From positions 300,001 through 332,000 of the forward strand of contig NZ_AP012549.1 of NCBI RefSeq assembly GCF_000829235.1: DNA of 32,000 nucleotides, in the 5' to 3' direction. The stretch comes from a cyanobacterium endosymbiont of Epithemia turgida isolate EtSB Lake Yunoko (GTDB lineage Bacteria; Cyanobacteriota; Cyanobacteriia; Cyanobacteriales; Microcystaceae). The translations under genes and the position numbers were made by a program. Shown piece after piece: positions 29,488 through 32,000 of this stretch (its first letter is position 1; every line of letters begins with the position of its first letter). The notes beneath the pieces were generated by a model. The model searched no databases and was not told the origin of the DNA. It worked only from the letters and a program-made list of their open reading frames with translations.

Positions 29488-30095
29488 TCGAAAAAAGTAC
29501 TTGGGCAATCTTTTTTTGAAACTTTAAGATAAAGATCTATTGCTTTTAATACTTCTTATTCTGCAACAGAAGTTCACATGTAGACTATAAAATAAATACT
29601 TGTAATAAATGTTATTTATTAGCTACTAAATAGGTGAGTTTAAATAGATATCGAATATAAAAGTAGTTGAAAAAATGCAATTACTAAACAACATACTATC
29701 TAAAATGCAGTTAATATAATTAGATGCGCAAGTACTATCAACGTTGGCTCGCAACCTAAACAATTTTCTCTAGAACGAGAATAGAAACATAAATTCTATG
29801 TTCACATTATAAAAATGAAAGATTAAATAAATTGTGAATCGGATAAAACTGTAACATAATTTAATTAGATAAAAAATATATAGAAGTTTTATAAACAAGA
29901 GAAAGATTATAGTCTTACCCAAGAAGTAAAATAAAAATAATTTAAAATGAAGAGAAGTGTGAAATATTTTAACTTACTTTAAAAGAACTTGCGATAATTT
30001 ATCTATATCCTAAAAAATCTTTTTAACTATTCTAAATAAATACAAAAAATACAGTGATCATCATAAATAATCGCAATTAGAATAAACTCATTATG

Positions 30096-30142
30096 TAGAG
30101 TTAACTAGCAAAATACTTAGTTTAAATATCCTTTAAACTAAG
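30096..30142. repeat. Perfect 21-bp-stem palindromic hairpin (loop tatcc)
   Basis: tagcaaaatacttagtttaaa (30096-30116) is the exact reverse complement of tttaaactaagtattttgcta (30122-30142). It lies in an ORF-free AT-rich stretch. Confidence 0.85.
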
Positions 30143-30946
30143 TATTTTGCTATCTTTATAAAAGTCAGATTTCTAAATTAGAGGCATAACCTGTTTTTAG
30201 TATTTTTTATACGTCTTAGAAAATCTCAATAATATTGATACTAAGTCTTGATTGTCATAAGTAATTATTATTAGGTTTTTATCCTGCAGTTCATAAAAAT
30301 ATAAAAATATTCTATATAAATAGTTTAATTCAGCTTATGTTTTTTGCATCAATATTTTTTTAAATCCAGTATTTGTAAGTTATCTATTTTTTGATTCAAA
30401 GGGGTTTATTTTTTTAGATAAAAATATATATTACTACTTCAACTTCGACTTATCATATTATTTTATTCATAATTTTCTTTGTAAATCCTCTGATCTTCAG
30501 ATTGGACTATTTGATCTTAATTAAAACCTCTGATCTTTAGTTGATATTTATGTTATTTTTTTAGATTTTTATCTCTATGATGTCTGCGCTCACTTCTTTA
30601 TATGAATCTACTTCCTGGTATCTCAATTATAGCAATTTCATCAACTGTTAATAGTTTTGATTTTTGAAGGGTTTGGTATATAAATTTTGACTAAAGTCTC
30701 TTAATCCTTATGTATATTTTTTATTCACTTCCTCCATTGATTATATTTTTTAATATATGTTATTCTTAAATATTAATTTTTTTTAAAAATTATTTAAATA
30801 TTGATTATATTCTATCTAACGACAAGTTATTTTGAGATAGATGGTTGCTTTTGTCCAAGACAAATTTCCGATAGTTAATTTATTATTTTTCTAAAATTTT
30901 CTAGTGGTTGAGCCACAATAAATACAAGTTGCTGTTTAGTATATTT

Positions 30947-31003
30947 TTTTAATCAACTCGTTATGTAAAAATTAAATATTTTTACATAACGAGTTGATTA
31001 AAA
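30947..31003. repeat. Perfect 26-bp-stem palindromic hairpin (loop taaat), 7 nt beyond the tsaC-like stop codon
   Basis: ttttaatcaactcgttatgtaaaaat (30947-30972) is the exact reverse complement of 30978-31003. On the minus (gene) strand it is followed by an A-run rather than a U-run, so it is not a canonical intrinsic terminator. Confidence 0.9.
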
Positions 31004-31010
31004 CTACAAT

Positions 31011-31628
31011 CTATTCGATAATTTCTTCTTCCTCAAGAGAGACGTTTCCTTGACGTAAAATCATCCACCCTTTTTCTGTCCATTTTGCAACAGTTGAGGG
31101 AATTCCACTTCCATATTTTTTTTTAGAAGTTAAGTCACTATCATCTAGGGTATAAACATCAGGGAAAGTTGCCGCAATCGCTTTCATAGTTTCTAAAGGA
31201 GGATTACCTGATAGATTAGAACTTGTAGTAGCTAAACATCCCGTTTTTGCTAAAATTTCTTGGGCAGTCTTATGGTTAGGAATACGAAGACCAATACTAC
31301 CTGAATTAGTAGGATTTATTGTTGCTGTAACCAGGGGCGAAGCAGGTAATACTAAAGTTAATGATCCTGGCCAATAACGTTGGGCTGTTTGTTGCCAAAT
31401 ATCCAATTCTTGAAAAGTCCCTTTAATATATGGCCTAAAATCTTCAGGAGATGCTCCCATTAAAATTAAGGGTTTGTCGGGGGAGCGTTTTTTAAGAGAG
31501 AAGATCAAGGAAGCACGTTCAGGTAAAACTCCTAGAGCGGGAACAGTATCTGTAGGAAAACTTATCACTTGACCAGTTTTTACGACTTTAATCAATTGAG
31601 ATTGGCGAACTTTAGGCATATTTTCCAA
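31011..31628 (-). CDS. L-threonylcarbamoyladenylate synthase family protein (TsaC/YrdC/Sua5 domain)
   Basis: 205 aa. YrdC-domain motifs are present: ISFPTDTVPALGV (usually PT.T.YGLG), KKRSPDKPLILMGAS, WPGSLTLVL, IGLRIPNH, LATTSSNLSGNPP. The Tyr-Gly of the first motif is replaced by Pro-Ala. I am unsure whether it is the essential t6A enzyme or a paralogue. Confidence 0.8.
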   Translation of the reverse strand: MENMPKVRQSQLIKVVKTGQVISFPTDTVPALGVLPERASLIFSLKKRSPDKPLILMGASPEDFRPYIKGTFQELDIWQQTAQRYWPGSLTLVLPASPLVTATINPTNSGSIGLRIPNHKTAQEILAKTGCLATTSSNLSGNPPLETMKAIAATFPDVYTLDDSDLTSKKKYGSGIPSTVAKWTEKGWMILRQGNVSLEEEEIIE

Positions 31629-31681
31629 AGTAACTACTATAAAAATCGTTAGAGGTTTTTTAAAAAACTATTCCATTAAGC

Positions 31682-31733
31682 AAAATTACATTATGTTAAA
31701 ATTACCAGGGGTAATTTTAACATAATGTAATTT
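31682..31733. repeat. Perfect 25-bp palindromic hairpin about 53 nt upstream of the tsaC-like start
   Basis: aaaattacattatgttaaaattacc (31682-31706) is the exact reverse complement of ggtaattttaacataatgtaatttt (31709-31733). Only 2 nt separate the arms, so the central pairs must open to form a loop. On the + strand the T-run at the end of the right arm continues past the stem (tttttt, 31731-31736). Confidence 0.9.
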
Positions 31734-32000
31734 TTTATTCCTATTTTATACTTGAAAAATCTCCTTCTGATAAATCTATCTAAATTAAATTAATTTGCTT
31801 AAAATGAACTAACTTATTCTGAATTTACTTAATGTTAAAAAATATAATTTAAATCTACGCAGTTAAAACTAGTATGAATTAATTTATGTCTTTAAAAATA
31901 TTTTTTATATTAACACTCTGTAAATTACTTCTTAATTAAGTCATAATAAAACAAGCATTTAGATAACTGAGGTGAAGTATAATAATGGAATGATCACTAC

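Noticed and set aside
30947-31003. Hairpin immediately after a gene as an integron attC site (gene cassette).
   Set aside because: attC sites are imperfect palindromes with extrahelical bases and RYYYAAC/GTTRRRY cores. This element is perfectly symmetric and its ends (AATCAAC/GTTGATT) each miss the core by one position. There is no intI or attI, and the gene is a housekeeping type.

Overview
This is a chromosomal segment of an AT-rich cyanobacterium. Gene content and protein sequences look like unicellular Cyanothece/Crocosphaera-type lineages, but the organism cannot be fixed from this window.

I support 21 protein-coding genes. One is cut by the window edge, and one is a small GTG-initiated ORF missing from the ORF track. 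Nearly all are core housekeeping genes:
- a DUF255 thioredoxin-fold protein
- an SLH/DUF3747-type envelope protein
- glgC
- a compact PBP4-like peptidase
- acyl-ACP reductase (aar)
- murJ
- a single-TM protein
- a possible CRR7-like small protein
- a secreted Gly/Cys-rich protein
- an SNF2 helicase
- a DUF389 protein
- ahcY
- an ExoD-family protein
- a DUF512 FeS protein
- the petC-petA operon
- an amidase
- an NlpC/P60 peptidase
- a GNAT acetyltransferase
- a TsaC/YrdC-family protein

I found no rRNA, tRNA, CRISPR array, transposase, integrase or recognisable defence or toxin module. I therefore do not claim a novel multi-gene system.

The unusual part is the architecture:
- Only about 69% of the window is coding (sum of my CDS calls is 21,992 nt).
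- Four ORF-free, extremely AT-rich stretches of about 2.9, 1.5, 1.1 and 1.0 kb look like genes eroded beyond recognition.
- Long perfect palindromic hairpins with 21-32 bp stems sit in those stretches and bracket genes.

Smaller points:
- A PBP4 homologue appears to lack the inserted domains.
- aar has no adjacent ado.
- An orphan intrinsic terminator may mark an sRNA.
- An unlisted 52-aa basic ORF is present.
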